DNA of 64,000 nt from a virus (IMGVR_UViG_3300032294_002710:70853-134852), one strand, 5' to 3'. Numbered from the stretch's first letter, positions 41,681-52,166 are shown. The notes: generated by a model not told the origin, from the letters alone. Numbers and translations: made by a program.

Positions 41681-42583
41681 ATGGATTTAAACTCACTATA
41701 CAATTTTGACGGTGATTTTACAGTTAGATTGGTTGAAGAGACTGATCACTTGTTTGAAGAGGTTCGTCAAGGTAAAAGAGTTATAGGAACATACGATTAT
41801 AATCGTGTTCCAAAAGAAGATGAAATAGTTATAATTATCGGTGACTATCCTGTTAGTAAAGATTCTTTAGTGATAAGTAATCCAATGCGTAGAAACTACC
41901 GATGGGCTCTTAAATTTCAATATGATCATTTTGAAGGACATGAGTGTTGGGATAATATTGATATTATTAATGTTATTAATAGTGATAATAGACCAGATAG
42001 ACTCTTTGATATTCTAAAAGAGTTTAAAAAGATGGGAGTTCCACTTAATAAGGTGTACAGACAATCTGCTATTACTGATTCTTCAACCGGTAATCCATAT
42101 GTTAATGGATTGGTTGGTTGTTTTAAATCACATTTATCTATTCTTAATAGACTTAAAGATGTCGATTTTAATAATATAGCAGTGTTTGAAGATGATTTTA
42201 CATTCTCTGAACCAATTGAAGAAAATCAAAACTCACTAATTAAATTTTTTAATGTTCATTACGGGCACGAAGTTCTGTTACTATCAACAAGTGCTGAGGG
42301 ATCTATAGTTAAAAGAGACGAACTAGTTAGTAATTCTTATCAACCTTGTACAACTACTTCTGGATTTATCCTATCTAAGAAGGGATTAGAAAGAGTTTTA
42401 CCACTGTGGCAGAAAGCAAACGATATGTTAATTGCAACTTGGAATTTTAATGTTTATGCTTGTGATAGATATTGGGCTTTAATTCAAGGAGATAATACTA
42501 TGTTTACATTCAATAGAAAATTGGGGTATCAAAGACCATCTTTTAGTCAGACATCAAATACTTTAGCATATAATTTGGATTAA
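41681..42583 (+). CDS. Glycosyltransferase family 25-like
   Basis: RPDR, GCFKSH, FEDDF, YQRPSFS. Confidence 0.75.
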   Translation: MDLNSLYNFDGDFTVRLVEETDHLFEEVRQGKRVIGTYDYNRVPKEDEIVIIIGDYPVSKDSLVISNPMRRNYRWALKFQYDHFEGHECWDNIDIINVINSDNRPDRLFDILKEFKKMGVPLNKVYRQSAITDSSTGNPYVNGLVGCFKSHLSILNRLKDVDFNNIAVFEDDFTFSEPIEENQNSLIKFFNVHYGHEVLLLSTSAEGSIVKRDELVSNSYQPCTTTSGFILSKKGLERVLPLWQKANDMLIATWNFNVYACDRYWALIQGDNTMFTFNRKLGYQRPSFSQTSNTLAYNLD

Positions 42584-42603
42584 TAAAATATTTAGTATAT
42601 TTG
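42574..42603 (+). promoter_or_regulatory. Bacteroidota-type sigma-A promoter
   Basis: TTTG-N18-TATATTTG. Confidence 0.6.
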
Positions 42604-42609
42604 TAAAAT

Positions 42610-43752
42610 ATGAAAAATGAACTTATTCAGCTAATTGAATCTAAATCACCAGGAAGTATTCCACTTTACCTTGTGATTCGAGGTTCTCATGCTTATGGAA
42701 CTAGTCTACCTACTTCCGATACTGATTATTCTGGAGTTTTTGTCCAGAATCTTGACTCCATTCTTGGTATGTCATATGTTGAGCAAATAAATGATGATAA
42801 GAATGACATTGTAATCTATGAATTGCGTAGATTCCTTGAACTTCTTGCAAAGAATAACCCTACTATTCTTGAACTTCTTAATACACCAGAGGATTGTATT
42901 GTCTATAAACATCCACTTTTTGATAGGATTCTTGATAATAAAGATAAATTCTTAACTAAGATCTGTGCCAATTCTTTTGGTGGTTATGCCAAGGAGCAGA
43001 TTGGTAAGGCAAAAGGTCAAAATAAGAAACAAAACTGGGAAAAGGATAAAGTGACTCGTAAGACACCACTTGATTTTTGTTATCTTCATCAAGGCGAGAA
43101 ATCAATTTCTTTAGTAGAATACATGAACTCTAAAGGTTTAGATCAAAGATTCGCTGGTTTGTCAAAAATCCCACACTCTAAAGAGACCTATGCTCTTTTC
43201 TATGATTTTAAATCAGAAGAAACTGATGGTAGTATTGATTATCCAAGTATGGGTTTTAAGGGAATCGCATTTGAAGATTCGAATGATATTCGTTTGAGTT
43301 CAATTCCATTTGATTGTCCTAAACGATACTTTATAGGTCATATATCCTACAATAAAGATGGATATATGCAACATTGTAAAGATTATAAATCATATGAAAC
43401 TTGGTTAGAACAACGAAATGAACAGCGTTGGGTTGATGTTGAGTCTCATGGTCAGAAGATTGATGGTAAGAATATGATGCACTGTAGAAGATTGATGGAT
43501 ATGGCTCGTGAAATTGCCGAGGGTAAAGGGATTGTTGTTAGACGACCAAATGCTCAAGAGTTAATTGATATTCGTCAGGGTAAAGTAGATCTTCAAACTT
43601 TGATCGATCATGTTGAAAATGAAATCAAAGAGATTGATCTTCTTTATAAAAATTCAACTTTGCCTGATAAAGTTGATATGAGTTTAGTTGAAGATATTTT
43701 GATTGAAATTAGAAAGGAAATTTATACACTTGAAATTGGAATAAACATATGA
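42610..43752 (+). CDS. Pol-beta-superfamily nucleotidyltransferase (RlaP/YcgL-like)
   Basis: RGSHAYG..SDTD, NPTILELL, DGKNMMHCRRL. Confidence 0.8.
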   Translation: MKNELIQLIESKSPGSIPLYLVIRGSHAYGTSLPTSDTDYSGVFVQNLDSILGMSYVEQINDDKNDIVIYELRRFLELLAKNNPTILELLNTPEDCIVYKHPLFDRILDNKDKFLTKICANSFGGYAKEQIGKAKGQNKKQNWEKDKVTRKTPLDFCYLHQGEKSISLVEYMNSKGLDQRFAGLSKIPHSKETYALFYDFKSEETDGSIDYPSMGFKGIAFEDSNDIRLSSIPFDCPKRYFIGHISYNKDGYMQHCKDYKSYETWLEQRNEQRWVDVESHGQKIDGKNMMHCRRLMDMAREIAEGKGIVVRRPNAQELIDIRQGKVDLQTLIDHVENEIKEIDLLYKNSTLPDKVDMSLVEDILIEIRKEIYTLEIGINI

Positions 43753-44315
43753 TTAGCATTATACTTTTACTGATTGGTTTTGCAGCAGGTGTGCTACTTA
43801 CATTTAGCACACTTGTTTACCTTTCTAAGAGAGACGAGAAGAGACTTAAAAAGAAACATTCTGATATATTTACAGATATATTAAAACAATTGACTTCTAA
43901 TAATGTTGAATTTACCTCAAGGATTAATAACACTGTTCAGTTAAATACAAAAATTGATGTTGAGGGAGATATTCAAATTATGTATTTTCTTGATAGACAA
44001 GATATTTCTATATTTCGTGATGGTGATTGTATCTATACAAGTAATCTAATTGAGAAGGAGTTAATAGAAAAGATTTTAAAAACTATCTGGTCGAAGTTTT
44101 CCATTCAAATTAATGATGTTGTTCAATTAATGAGTAATACATTTGATAAGAAAACATTTATGGTTATATCTGGTCTTTCTAATCCTAATGCTCAAGAATC
44201 AACAACTGAGGATGTTCAGTACAACCTTGATGATATTTTGGATAAAATAAATGAAGTAGGATATAATAATTTAACAGAATCAGAAAAACAATTTCTTAAA
44301 AATCTAAATAAATGA
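43749..44315 (+). CDS. Membrane protein with DUF6576-like C-terminus
   Basis: N-terminal TM; LDDILDKINEVGYNNLTESEKQFL. Confidence 0.65.
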   Translation: MISIILLLIGFAAGVLLTFSTLVYLSKRDEKRLKKKHSDIFTDILKQLTSNNVEFTSRINNTVQLNTKIDVEGDIQIMYFLDRQDISIFRDGDCIYTSNLIEKELIEKILKTIWSKFSIQINDVVQLMSNTFDKKTFMVISGLSNPNAQESTTEDVQYNLDDILDKINEVGYNNLTESEKQFLKNLNK

Positions 44316-44557
44316 GCCTCCATTCAACAAAATTTAAGGTAAAGTCATACGATAATCTGATGATTTCCTCATATCAGAGGATTGTAAAGGGTTTTGCAAT
44401 TGATGAAAAACTTAAACCTTATTCTAAAGAGTTTTTAAATAAAGTTTTAAACTATTTTGAAGAAAAGGAAATGTATGAGGAGTGTGCATTTATTAGTAAC
44501 TTTATAAAACAACGATTTGATCACGATTTAAACTATAATAGATATGAATTACATTGA
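44312..44557 (+). CDS. Small protein with UVR-like motif
   Basis: YFEEKEMYEECAFI. Confidence 0.6.
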   Translation: MSLHSTKFKVKSYDNLMISSYQRIVKGFAIDEKLKPYSKEFLNKVLNYFEEKEMYEECAFISNFIKQRFDHDLNYNRYELH

Positions 44558-44702
44558 TGAATTAAAACCAATTTCCTTTTTACCAGAGTCTTTTTTAAAG
44601 GAACTTAATTATTTTCTAATAAATACAAATCTCTCTAAAGACGAGAGATCTAAACTAGTTGATATAATTCAAAAAAATCTTATAACTACGGTTTCTAAAT
44701 AA
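44544..44702 (+). CDS. Small hypothetical protein (52 aa, not in the ORF track)
   Basis: ATG 44544 to TAA 44702 fills the gap. Confidence 0.45.
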   Translation: MNYIDELKPISFLPESFLKELNYFLINTNLSKDERSKLVDIIQKNLITTVSK

Positions 44703-44722
44703 TTTTTTATTATATTTGTGTA

Positions 44723-44959
44723 ATGGAAAATGAAGATTTGAAATTAAAACCTTATGATAGGTTACAAGCCATTTTGTCTGAAAAAGACTCTGGTAAACTA
44801 ACAAAAAATGGTGAGTCTAAGTTAGATGAACTACTTGGTAACACCAAAAAGAAGACATTTCTTGACAAGATTAAAGACTTTTTCTTAAAAATTGACAGTA
44901 AGATTTTTAAATCACCTTCAAGAATGTTTAACACTACTTATTACAAAAGGAGGAAATAA
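44723..44959 (+). CDS. Hypothetical protein
   Basis: TATATTTG at 44711 upstream. Confidence 0.6.
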   Translation: MENEDLKLKPYDRLQAILSEKDSGKLTKNGESKLDELLGNTKKKTFLDKIKDFFLKIDSKIFKSPSRMFNTTYYKRRK

Positions 44960-45441
44960 TGTTTAATAATAAGCCAAATCAACTCGTTAGAGACGAAAAA
45001 GGAAAGGCACACTGGATATCTCGTTCAGTAGCTGTTGTTGCTGTTGTTAAATGGCAAGACAAATTTTTAATTGTTAAGAGAGGTCCCGCTGTATCTAATC
45101 CTAATAAATGGTGTGTTCCTTGTGGATATCTTGACTGGAATGAGTCAGCATCAGAGTGTGTTGTTCGAGAAGTTTACGAAGAGTCTGGTCTTAATCTTAA
45201 AAACTACAAAACATCTGGGTTGGAATTACCGTATGAGTTAGTGACAGAGCCAAGTGTTAACTGGAAGCAAGATATTGCAATTCATTTCTCTGTGGAGATT
45301 GAATCTGAAACAGAGCCGGTAACTGATTACTCAATGGTTAATGACGAAGAGACTTTAGACATCAAGTGGGTATCAGTAGATCAGTTATCAGAGTTTAAAT
45401 TCGCATTTAATCACGATAAGAGAATTGTAAAATGTCACTAA
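44959..45441 (+). CDS. NUDIX hydrolase
   Basis: GYLDWNESASECVVREVYEESGL Nudix box; FAFNH. Confidence 0.92.
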   Translation: MFNNKPNQLVRDEKGKAHWISRSVAVVAVVKWQDKFLIVKRGPAVSNPNKWCVPCGYLDWNESASECVVREVYEESGLNLKNYKTSGLELPYELVTEPSVNWKQDIAIHFSVEIESETEPVTDYSMVNDEETLDIKWVSVDQLSEFKFAFNHDKRIVKCH

Positions 45442-45668
45442 TAAAAAAGACCAGAACTGAAAAAGTTCTTGATTATAGAAAACATAATTATCAAGAATTC
45501 CTTGAAATTCTTATAGAGGAATTACTTGATTTTTGTAAAGATGATGATGTACTACTTACAGAGTTAATATCACATCTTGATAGTACTGAAATTAGAGATG
45601 ATGTCAAGTATGTGATCTCTAAAATGAGAGATGATAAAATTAATTCAATTTTAGATGAAAGACCCTAA
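45432..45668 (+). CDS. Hypothetical protein
   Basis: C-terminal RDDKINSIL. Confidence 0.6.
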   Translation: MSLIKKTRTEKVLDYRKHNYQEFLEILIEELLDFCKDDDVLLTELISHLDSTEIRDDVKYVISKMRDDKINSILDERP

Positions 45669-46524
45669 AAGTTTTGTAAAATTATTTGATCTAAATGTTC
45701 CTGTATTGGAACATTTAGATTACTATATTGATCAGATGTCTAAGACACAAAAGTATAAAGACATTCGAGAATTTGCTGCTCTCTATAAAGAATGTGAGGG
45801 TGAGATTGATGATGCTTATGAATTTCGTAAAAATAAATCAGATGAAATTATTGAGTTTATAAAAGGTACTAATGCCTATAATGAACTCTGTTATGATAAA
45901 AATCTAATTGATTTTCCAACAAATAAGTCACTTGAATATGTTGAGGGTGTTAAATATCTCTCAATTGATTTAAGAAGTGCTAACTGGGTTTCACTAAAGA
46001 AGTATGATCCAGAACATATTAACGAGCTTGGTAGTACTTATTCTGAGTTTTTATCTAAATTTAACTTACCTAAAGTTTTTATTCATTCTAAATATCTTCG
46101 TCAGTTTATATTTGGAAATGTAAATCCAAAAAGGCTTATAAAAGTTCAGAGAAATCTTATACAAAATGTTGTTAGACAATATCAAGATATTCTTCAAATA
46201 GAAGGTGTTAGAAATGATGAAGTAATTTTCTCTTTTAAAGACTTTACTGAAATCAAAGACATCTATAATGAGTTAGATCATGATAGATATAAAACAAAAA
46301 TATTTACAATTAATAGAGTTGAGGATTTTAGAATCGATAACATACATGATATCGATGGGAATCTAGTTTATCGTGAAATGATGGGTGTTGATGGTACTCT
46401 TTTCTTTATTAAGTTGAAGCAGTATATAACTGGAGAAAAATTAGATATTCGAGACCTTTATTTTAAAAGTAATGGTAAAACAGCAATTTGGGCAATTGAT
46501 AATTTAAAAGTTGAATTATGTTAA
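45655..46524 (+). CDS. Hypothetical protein, possible polymerase-palm-like fold
   Basis: YLSIDLRSANW and RNDEVIF acidic motifs. Confidence 0.5.
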   Translation: MKDPKSFVKLFDLNVPVLEHLDYYIDQMSKTQKYKDIREFAALYKECEGEIDDAYEFRKNKSDEIIEFIKGTNAYNELCYDKNLIDFPTNKSLEYVEGVKYLSIDLRSANWVSLKKYDPEHINELGSTYSEFLSKFNLPKVFIHSKYLRQFIFGNVNPKRLIKVQRNLIQNVVRQYQDILQIEGVRNDEVIFSFKDFTEIKDIYNELDHDRYKTKIFTINRVEDFRIDNIHDIDGNLVYREMMGVDGTLFFIKLKQYITGEKLDIRDLYFKSNGKTAIWAIDNLKVELC

Positions 46525-47141
46525 ACGATTTATTTGATACACCAAGTATTGATCTTGGTAATGTAACTTGCCATTCTGGTGGTGCACAAGGTGCTGATAC
46601 CTATTGGGATCAATTAGGAGAGACTTTTGGTGTTAAGACCAAGGCTTATTCGTATAAAACCTCTTATCATACTGGTAAAAATAAAGTTGAGATTACTGAT
46701 AGTGATTATCAAGAAGGTGTTGATGAAATAAATAAGGCAAATAAGGTTTTAGGTCGATATGGTATTCAAAAATACATGAGTCTCCTGGCAAGAAATTGGT
46801 CACAAGTAAAGTATTCACATCAAATATTTGCGATTGGGTATATTGTTGAACCAGGTAAAAAGTCACCTAAAGGATACTATTCTAAATCGAAGTATCAAAC
46901 TGTTGATGGTGGAACTGGATATGCAGTTCAAATGGGAGTAAATCATCAAAAAGATATATATGTCTTTGATCAATCAATAAAATCTTGGTTTAGATGGTCA
47001 TACTCTACTATGACTTTTATTAAACTTAGTGAGGTACCGGTAATTAGTACGCAGGATTTTGCCGGTATCGGTACTCGTGAGATTACAGAAGATGGTATTA
47101 ATGCGATTAAGGATGTTTATAGTAAAACATTTAAAAAATAA
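46518..47141 (+). CDS. SLOG-superfamily protein
   Basis: HSGGAQGAD, LARNW, GGTGYAV, FAGIGTR. Confidence 0.7.
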   Translation: MLNDLFDTPSIDLGNVTCHSGGAQGADTYWDQLGETFGVKTKAYSYKTSYHTGKNKVEITDSDYQEGVDEINKANKVLGRYGIQKYMSLLARNWSQVKYSHQIFAIGYIVEPGKKSPKGYYSKSKYQTVDGGTGYAVQMGVNHQKDIYVFDQSIKSWFRWSYSTMTFIKLSEVPVISTQDFAGIGTREITEDGINAIKDVYSKTFKK

Positions 47142-47192
47142 ACTTTTTATAAAAAAATCCTATAAAGTCCTATTAAAAAATATTTTAAAAAA

Positions 47193-47657
47193 ATGAAAAA
47201 TTATACAACAAAAAGTGGAATGCAACTGATGCAAGATGAACTACGCCACTTAAGCACAGTTGAATATAAAAATGCTATTGAGATGTTACAAGAAGCTCGT
47301 GATAAGGGTGATCTTTCTGAGAATGCTGAATATGAAGCTGCTAAAGAATATCACGCTAATCTCTTAAATAAAATTTCAGCACTAAAAGAGAAGATTAGAA
47401 CTTCTGAAGTTATTGAAAGTGCACAACTAGCAACTAATGAAGTTAATATGTTATCAACCGTGGAGATTAAAAATCATAAACTTAATGTTAATCAGACTTG
47501 GAGATTGGTATCAGAGAGCGAAATTGATACTAAGAATGGTAAAATATCGTTTAATTCACCTATTGGTATGGCATTAATAGGTCACAAAGTTGGAGAGGTT
47601 GTTGAAGTTAATGTACCATCTGGCGTTATGAAGTTAGAAATTTTAAGTATTAAATAA
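47193..47657 (+). CDS. greA: Transcription elongation factor GreA
   Basis: ARDKGDLSENAEYEAAK, ISFNSPIGMALIG. Confidence 0.95.
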   Translation: MKNYTTKSGMQLMQDELRHLSTVEYKNAIEMLQEARDKGDLSENAEYEAAKEYHANLLNKISALKEKIRTSEVIESAQLATNEVNMLSTVEIKNHKLNVNQTWRLVSESEIDTKNGKISFNSPIGMALIGHKVGEVVEVNVPSGVMKLEILSIK

Positions 47658-48055
47658 TGAAAGTGAGTTTTGATTTTGATGGTACTTTGGATGATGAATT
47701 TGGTGGAGTTTATAATCCACAGAAATTAGAAATTCAAAAAATTGCCAAAAAATATTTAGAAGAAGGACATCAGGTCTGTATTATAACTAAACGATATGGA
47801 CCTGAAATGTCTAATATGGGATTAGGCAATGAGCATTCAGTTGTACTTTCTTTAGCAAAAGAATTGGGTATTAAAGAGGTACATTTTACAAATAGAGAAA
47901 TGAAGTTTTCACACATCTTAACTCTAAAAATAGATAGGCATTTTGAAAACTCCGACTACGAGGTTAAGCTGATTAATCAGGCTTGTGGTGAAAAAGGACA
48001 TAACTGTTTAGTTGTCCATGTAGAAGATCCTTATTGGAGAGATTTGGTTTATTAA
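47657..48055 (+). CDS. HAD-superfamily protein
   Basis: VSFDFDGTL, IITKR. Confidence 0.7.
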   Translation: MKVSFDFDGTLDDEFGGVYNPQKLEIQKIAKKYLEEGHQVCIITKRYGPEMSNMGLGNEHSVVLSLAKELGIKEVHFTNREMKFSHILTLKIDRHFENSDYEVKLINQACGEKGHNCLVVHVEDPYWRDLVY

Positions 48056-48071
48056 CTTAATATATAATTTT

Positions 48072-48554
48072 ATGATAAGTAAATTTTCAAAATTAACAGA
48101 ATCTAATGATTCTACGAAGTTTAAGGTTGGTCTTGATTTACACGGTGTTATAGATGCACTTCCAGATTTTTTCGCATTTTTGACTGACTCAATTGTTAAA
48201 AATGGTGGAGAAGTTCATATAATCACTGGTGGTTCTTGGACTAAAGAACTTGAAGACCAAGTAAATTCAATGAATATTAAATGGACTCATAATTTTTCAG
48301 TCTATGACCATCTTATTGAGATAGGAACACCAACTTCTGGTGAGTATGTTTTTCCAGATGGAACTGTTCAGAAGAAATTTTTAGGAGATGCTTGGGATAA
48401 GGCAAAGTCTGATTATTGTAGAGAAAATAATATTAGTTTTCACATTGATGATACTCTAATCTACAATAACTTTTTTACTACACCATTTTGTAGACTTTGG
48501 ACACATAATAATAAACCAAAGTCTCCACATAAAGATGTGAGACATTTGGACTAA
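48072..48554 (+). CDS. HAD-like protein
   Basis: GLDLHGVID, IITG, K..HIDD. Confidence 0.65.
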   Translation: MISKFSKLTESNDSTKFKVGLDLHGVIDALPDFFAFLTDSIVKNGGEVHIITGGSWTKELEDQVNSMNIKWTHNFSVYDHLIEIGTPTSGEYVFPDGTVQKKFLGDAWDKAKSDYCRENNISFHIDDTLIYNNFFTTPFCRLWTHNNKPKSPHKDVRHLD

Positions 48555-49678
48555 TCTAGTTGTTCTAATATTATTACAATTTTATAACCCATATAGATTT
48601 TAAAGAATTTTAATGAGTCTTCATAGGAAGGATCCCCAATAGTACATAGTTTGAATTTACTATTTTTTTGAAATCTTTCATCTTGTGATATTGAGTATTC
48701 TGTTTCTAAAAATTTTTCAATTTTTTCAAAGTTTATATGACCGCCATCATGATCATCTTCATCTTCATCAAAATTTGGAAGCATTGAATATTCTAAGATG
48801 TAGTATATTTTATCTTGTCTGAAAAAATCAGGTATATTTTTAAACATAAAATTTGAATAAAATTTATCAAATATTCTTGACTTTATACCAACTACATCAT
48901 TAATACGAGTTGATATACTTACACTTAACTTTGAATTGAACATTTCTTTTGCAAGGTCAGTAAGATCTATAAAATAATCTTCAACCTCATCAATAGTATT
49001 AGAAGCATTTTTATCAATTATTTCATTGAACTTTACTTCTAAATCTTTTTTATTATCCTCATATTCTTTTCTTTTAGATTCGTATCTATCTTTTAGTTTT
49101 TTCTGTAAGTCTTTATCTATTTCTAAAACTCTCATGTAATTAAAAGCTTTGAAACCACTCATTTCTGGGTATTTTTTAATATACTCTTTTTTGAAAAACT
49201 CTATTAATTTATCTACTTGAGATTGTGAGATATTAATATAGCTATAAACATCATTATCATTTAGTCCAGTCTCTGATGTTAGAACCTTATTGGTTTTCAT
49301 ATCTCTACCAATTAATCTTTTACTCGGTCCGGATCCATTTTTCTCAACTTCTATTCTGGCTCTTGTTATATCATTATCCCAACCAGATTCTCGTATTGAT
49401 GTTAGATTAACTTCGATGTATTCTGGATATTCACCACCAGCTGTTCCAGCTTGTGCATATGGGTCTTCAGATATCTTGTATATTAAGGTGCACTGTGATC
49501 CATTATCAAAGATTTTTGCCGCCATAACATTTTTATGTTTGTTATAGTTTTGATAAATCATATCTATATACTTTTTAGCGATTTTATCATTCTCTTTAAC
49601 CGTTTTATAGTTAAGTAATTCTAATCCTTTAGATATAATACCTTCGTTAATAAATTCTTGATATTTTTGTAGTTTCAT
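48551..49678 (-). CDS. Hypothetical protein with capsid-targeting-like N-terminus
   Basis: Likely start MKLQKYQEFINE. Confidence 0.7.
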   Translation of the reverse strand: MKLQKYQEFINEGIISKGLELLNYKTVKENDKIAKKYIDMIYQNYNKHKNVMAAKIFDNGSQCTLIYKISEDPYAQAGTAGGEYPEYIEVNLTSIRESGWDNDITRARIEVEKNGSGPSKRLIGRDMKTNKVLTSETGLNDNDVYSYINISQSQVDKLIEFFKKEYIKKYPEMSGFKAFNYMRVLEIDKDLQKKLKDRYESKRKEYEDNKKDLEVKFNEIIDKNASNTIDEVEDYFIDLTDLAKEMFNSKLSVSISTRINDVVGIKSRIFDKFYSNFMFKNIPDFFRQDKIYYILEYSMLPNFDEDEDDHDGGHINFEKIEKFLETEYSISQDERFQKNSKFKLCTIGDPSYEDSLKFFKIYMGYKIVIILEQLD

Positions 49679-49679
49679 T

Positions 49680-50036
49680 TTAGTGATTTCTTTTTGGCAG
49701 AGGCATATCACTTACTATTTTTACTTTAAAAGTAAATCCATCATCTGTTCCATAAACTGTGTCGGCGTCGTAATTACCACCAAATGTATATGGTTTTGGA
49801 CCATTTGCCTTCATCATTTGTTCGTGTAGTTGTTGCCTTAACTTTTCATCTTCTAACCTACACATTTCCTCATATGGAAGATCCCTTGTTGGATTAAATG
49901 TAGGTTCCTGATAAGTTTGTGGGTTATTTTTATAACCATACTTAGCAAGTAACATCTCAGCCTCATTTTGAGATATATCAGCTGGTTTAATATCTTCTTG
50001 TTGATCTTGTACTATTCTAACTTCTGGTCTATTCAT
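49680..50036 (-). CDS. Hypothetical protein
   Basis: 118-aa ORF. Confidence 0.65.
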   Translation of the reverse strand: MNRPEVRIVQDQQEDIKPADISQNEAEMLLAKYGYKNNPQTYQEPTFNPTRDLPYEEMCRLEDEKLRQQLHEQMMKANGPKPYTFGGNYDADTVYGTDDGFTFKVKIVSDMPLPKRNH

Positions 50037-50039
50037 AAC

Positions 50040-50522
50040 TTATTTATTAATTCTTGTAAGTGTAATAGTGTTATTTCCATAATTGGTCATTTTAAAGTTA
50101 GGAATTGGATTTTTTTGAAGATACCTTAAATACATTTTAGTTCTTTGTGTCATATAATCTTTTTCATTTTTTTTGGCTAATCCTTCAAACTGAATTTTAT
50201 TACATAAAAAAGACTTACTTTTAACAAACTCATTAAGTATTGTTCCAAGAACCGTGTCTACAATTCTAAGAGGATTTGATTCAATTAATTTTGATACTGA
50301 CCAATCATTAATATCATTGTCCCACACAAAATAAGACATCGTGTAATGTTTACTAAGTGTGTTTCTACCAGTGGTTATGTTTTTGAATTGTACTAAGAAC
50401 TTGTTACTATTTTGATCTTCAAAAGTATACTCCACATAGTAGTTATCATCTTTAGTCATTTTCACAGTATCACTAAAAGAATTTGATTCAGTGAATGAAA
50501 TATAATTGTGAATATGTCTCAT
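50040..50522 (-). CDS. Hypothetical protein with capsid-targeting-like N-terminus
   Basis: MRHIHNYISFTE; QRTKMY. Confidence 0.7.
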   Translation of the reverse strand: MRHIHNYISFTESNSFSDTVKMTKDDNYYVEYTFEDQNSNKFLVQFKNITTGRNTLSKHYTMSYFVWDNDINDWSVSKLIESNPLRIVDTVLGTILNEFVKSKSFLCNKIQFEGLAKKNEKDYMTQRTKMYLRYLQKNPIPNFKMTNYGNNTITLTRINK

Positions 50523-50595
50523 AATAATATAATATATATAAAAAAGTGATTTAAAAAACTAATATATACACTATAAAAAAATAATTAAAATTATT

Positions 50596-51048
50596 ATGAA
50601 ACACTTAAAAAAGTTTGAAAACTTTTCTATAAATGAAGAAGAAGAAGCTCTATTTGGTTTAGTACAGACAAATAAAGAGGCTAATAGTAAAATATCTGAA
50701 TATACTCAAGATATTTTGTCTGGTAAGTTTGAAAAAACTGAAGATCTTAAAAAATCTATGAAAAAATATGTTGATGCTAAGCCGGTACAAGGTCTTGGTT
50801 CATCAATGGGTCAATGGATGGGTTACATAAGTAATGTTAATGACCTTTTAAAGGCTCCTAAGAAACCAGAAGGACAATTAGAAGATGCTTTTGGTAAAAT
50901 GAAGCCAGCTACTGAAGTAATTGAAGAAGAGATAGCAAGAATCGTTCTTAAAGACAGATTAGTTGCTAAGAATGATGGTAAGTGGAATGTTGAAAGTAAA
51001 GGTAGAAGCTTTGGTGCAACTCAACACACTTTTGGTGGTGGTGCGTAA
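50596..51048 (+). CDS. Hypothetical protein with capsid-targeting-like N-terminus
   Basis: MKHLKKFENFSINE; AATATATA upstream. Confidence 0.75.
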   Translation: MKHLKKFENFSINEEEEALFGLVQTNKEANSKISEYTQDILSGKFEKTEDLKKSMKKYVDAKPVQGLGSSMGQWMGYISNVNDLLKAPKKPEGQLEDAFGKMKPATEVIEEEIARIVLKDRLVAKNDGKWNVESKGRSFGATQHTFGGGA

Positions 51049-51065
51049 TATATTATTTTTTTATA

Positions 51066-51097
51066 AAAAAAACCCAGTCAATTTGACTGGGTTTTTT
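51066..51097. terminator. Bidirectional intrinsic terminator
   Basis: A-run cccagtcaa-t-ttgactggg T-run between convergent genes. Confidence 0.8.
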
Positions 51098-51099
51098 AT

Positions 51100-51519
51100 T
51101 TAATTATTTTCCAATTTTTTTCTATCACTATCTGTTAGTGATTCAATTCCAAATTGATTTATTTTATCAAGAATGTGATCTACTGTAATGTTTTCATTAA
51201 TAAAGTCGTCGATGTTTTTATTAAAATCATCATCATGAAATTTGATTTGACTAAATAATACATCATCTGTAATATCTTCGTAAGTAAAATCCAAGTTCTT
51301 TTGTCGAAAGAATAAGATAATTCTGGTTAGAACATACCTAGTTGTGATAACATATGAGGACATTTTACCATTAATCTCAAAATCATATGCTTTCATATCA
51401 TAACTTTCCAAATCTTCAATTTCTTGAAATGTTAGATTTTTATAAAGCTCTTCAGCTTCATTTTTTGTTAATTCTGTGTTTATCTTATAAACAAACATAT
51501 TTGTGTATTGTGTTTTCAA
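51100..51519 (-). CDS. Protein with DUF6576-like C-terminus
   Basis: VDHILDKINQFGIESLTDSDRKKL. Confidence 0.65.
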   Translation of the reverse strand: MKTQYTNMFVYKINTELTKNEAEELYKNLTFQEIEDLESYDMKAYDFEINGKMSSYVITTRYVLTRIILFFRQKNLDFTYEDITDDVLFSQIKFHDDDFNKNIDDFINENITVDHILDKINQFGIESLTDSDRKKLENN

Positions 51520-51619
51520 ATATAGTCAATAATTTTAAAAAAACAAGGATTTTATTTTACTATTTTATTTTTTTATTCAGAAAATGTTTGTATATTTGAA
51601 AAACACAATAAGGCAGACG

Positions 51620-51970
51620 ATGTTTAAGAAGTTTTACAAAAATATTTATTCACTACCAGCTTTGGTTCTTCACGAACTTTCTCACATTATTGTTTCATTA
51701 CTCTTTGGTGGTAAACTCAATAATGTTATTATTAAGAGCTGTAGTTCAGTAGATTTGAAAATTTCAAATCTTAAAAATATGACACAAGTTAGAATTGTTG
51801 CTATGGCACCATTGATTGTACCACTTGTGTTTATCGGACTTAGTTTTGTGAATACTGATTTTGTGGTATGTGTTATGTATTCTTTGTCAGTTTTCAAGAC
51901 TACATTACCAAGCCCAACAGACTTTACAACAAGTAAGTTTACCGTACCAAAATTTTTGGCAAAAAAATAA
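51620..51970 (+). CDS. Membrane HExxH (M50-like) peptidase, small
   Basis: LHELSH, VAMAPL, PSPTD. Confidence 0.6.
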   Translation: MFKKFYKNIYSLPALVLHELSHIIVSLLFGGKLNNVIIKSCSSVDLKISNLKNMTQVRIVAMAPLIVPLVFIGLSFVNTDFVVCVMYSLSVFKTTLPSPTDFTTSKFTVPKFLAKK

Positions 51971-52009
51971 ACAAAGGGAACATAGAGTATATAATATATA
52001 CTCTTACAT

Positions 52010-52081
52010 TGCGGGGTAGAGCAGAGGTAGCTCGTCAGGCTCATAACCTGAAGGCCGGTGGTTCGATTCCACCCCCCGCTA
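52010..52081 (+). tRNA. tRNA-Met(CAT), initiator-like
   Basis: Cloverleaf; loop ctCATaa; 1:72 mismatch. Confidence 0.9.
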
Positions 52082-52166
52082 CATGAAAAAGAAAATTTGT
52101 ATTTTTATACAGAAAATAACTCTAAACAAGATTTGCTTAGGTTATTGTAAAAATTAATACTCACAC

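Noticed and set aside
51984-52004. Leader attenuator for the two tRNA-Met genes
   Set aside because: Only an AT-rich palindrome overlapping a promoter-like motif; no leader ORF or terminator
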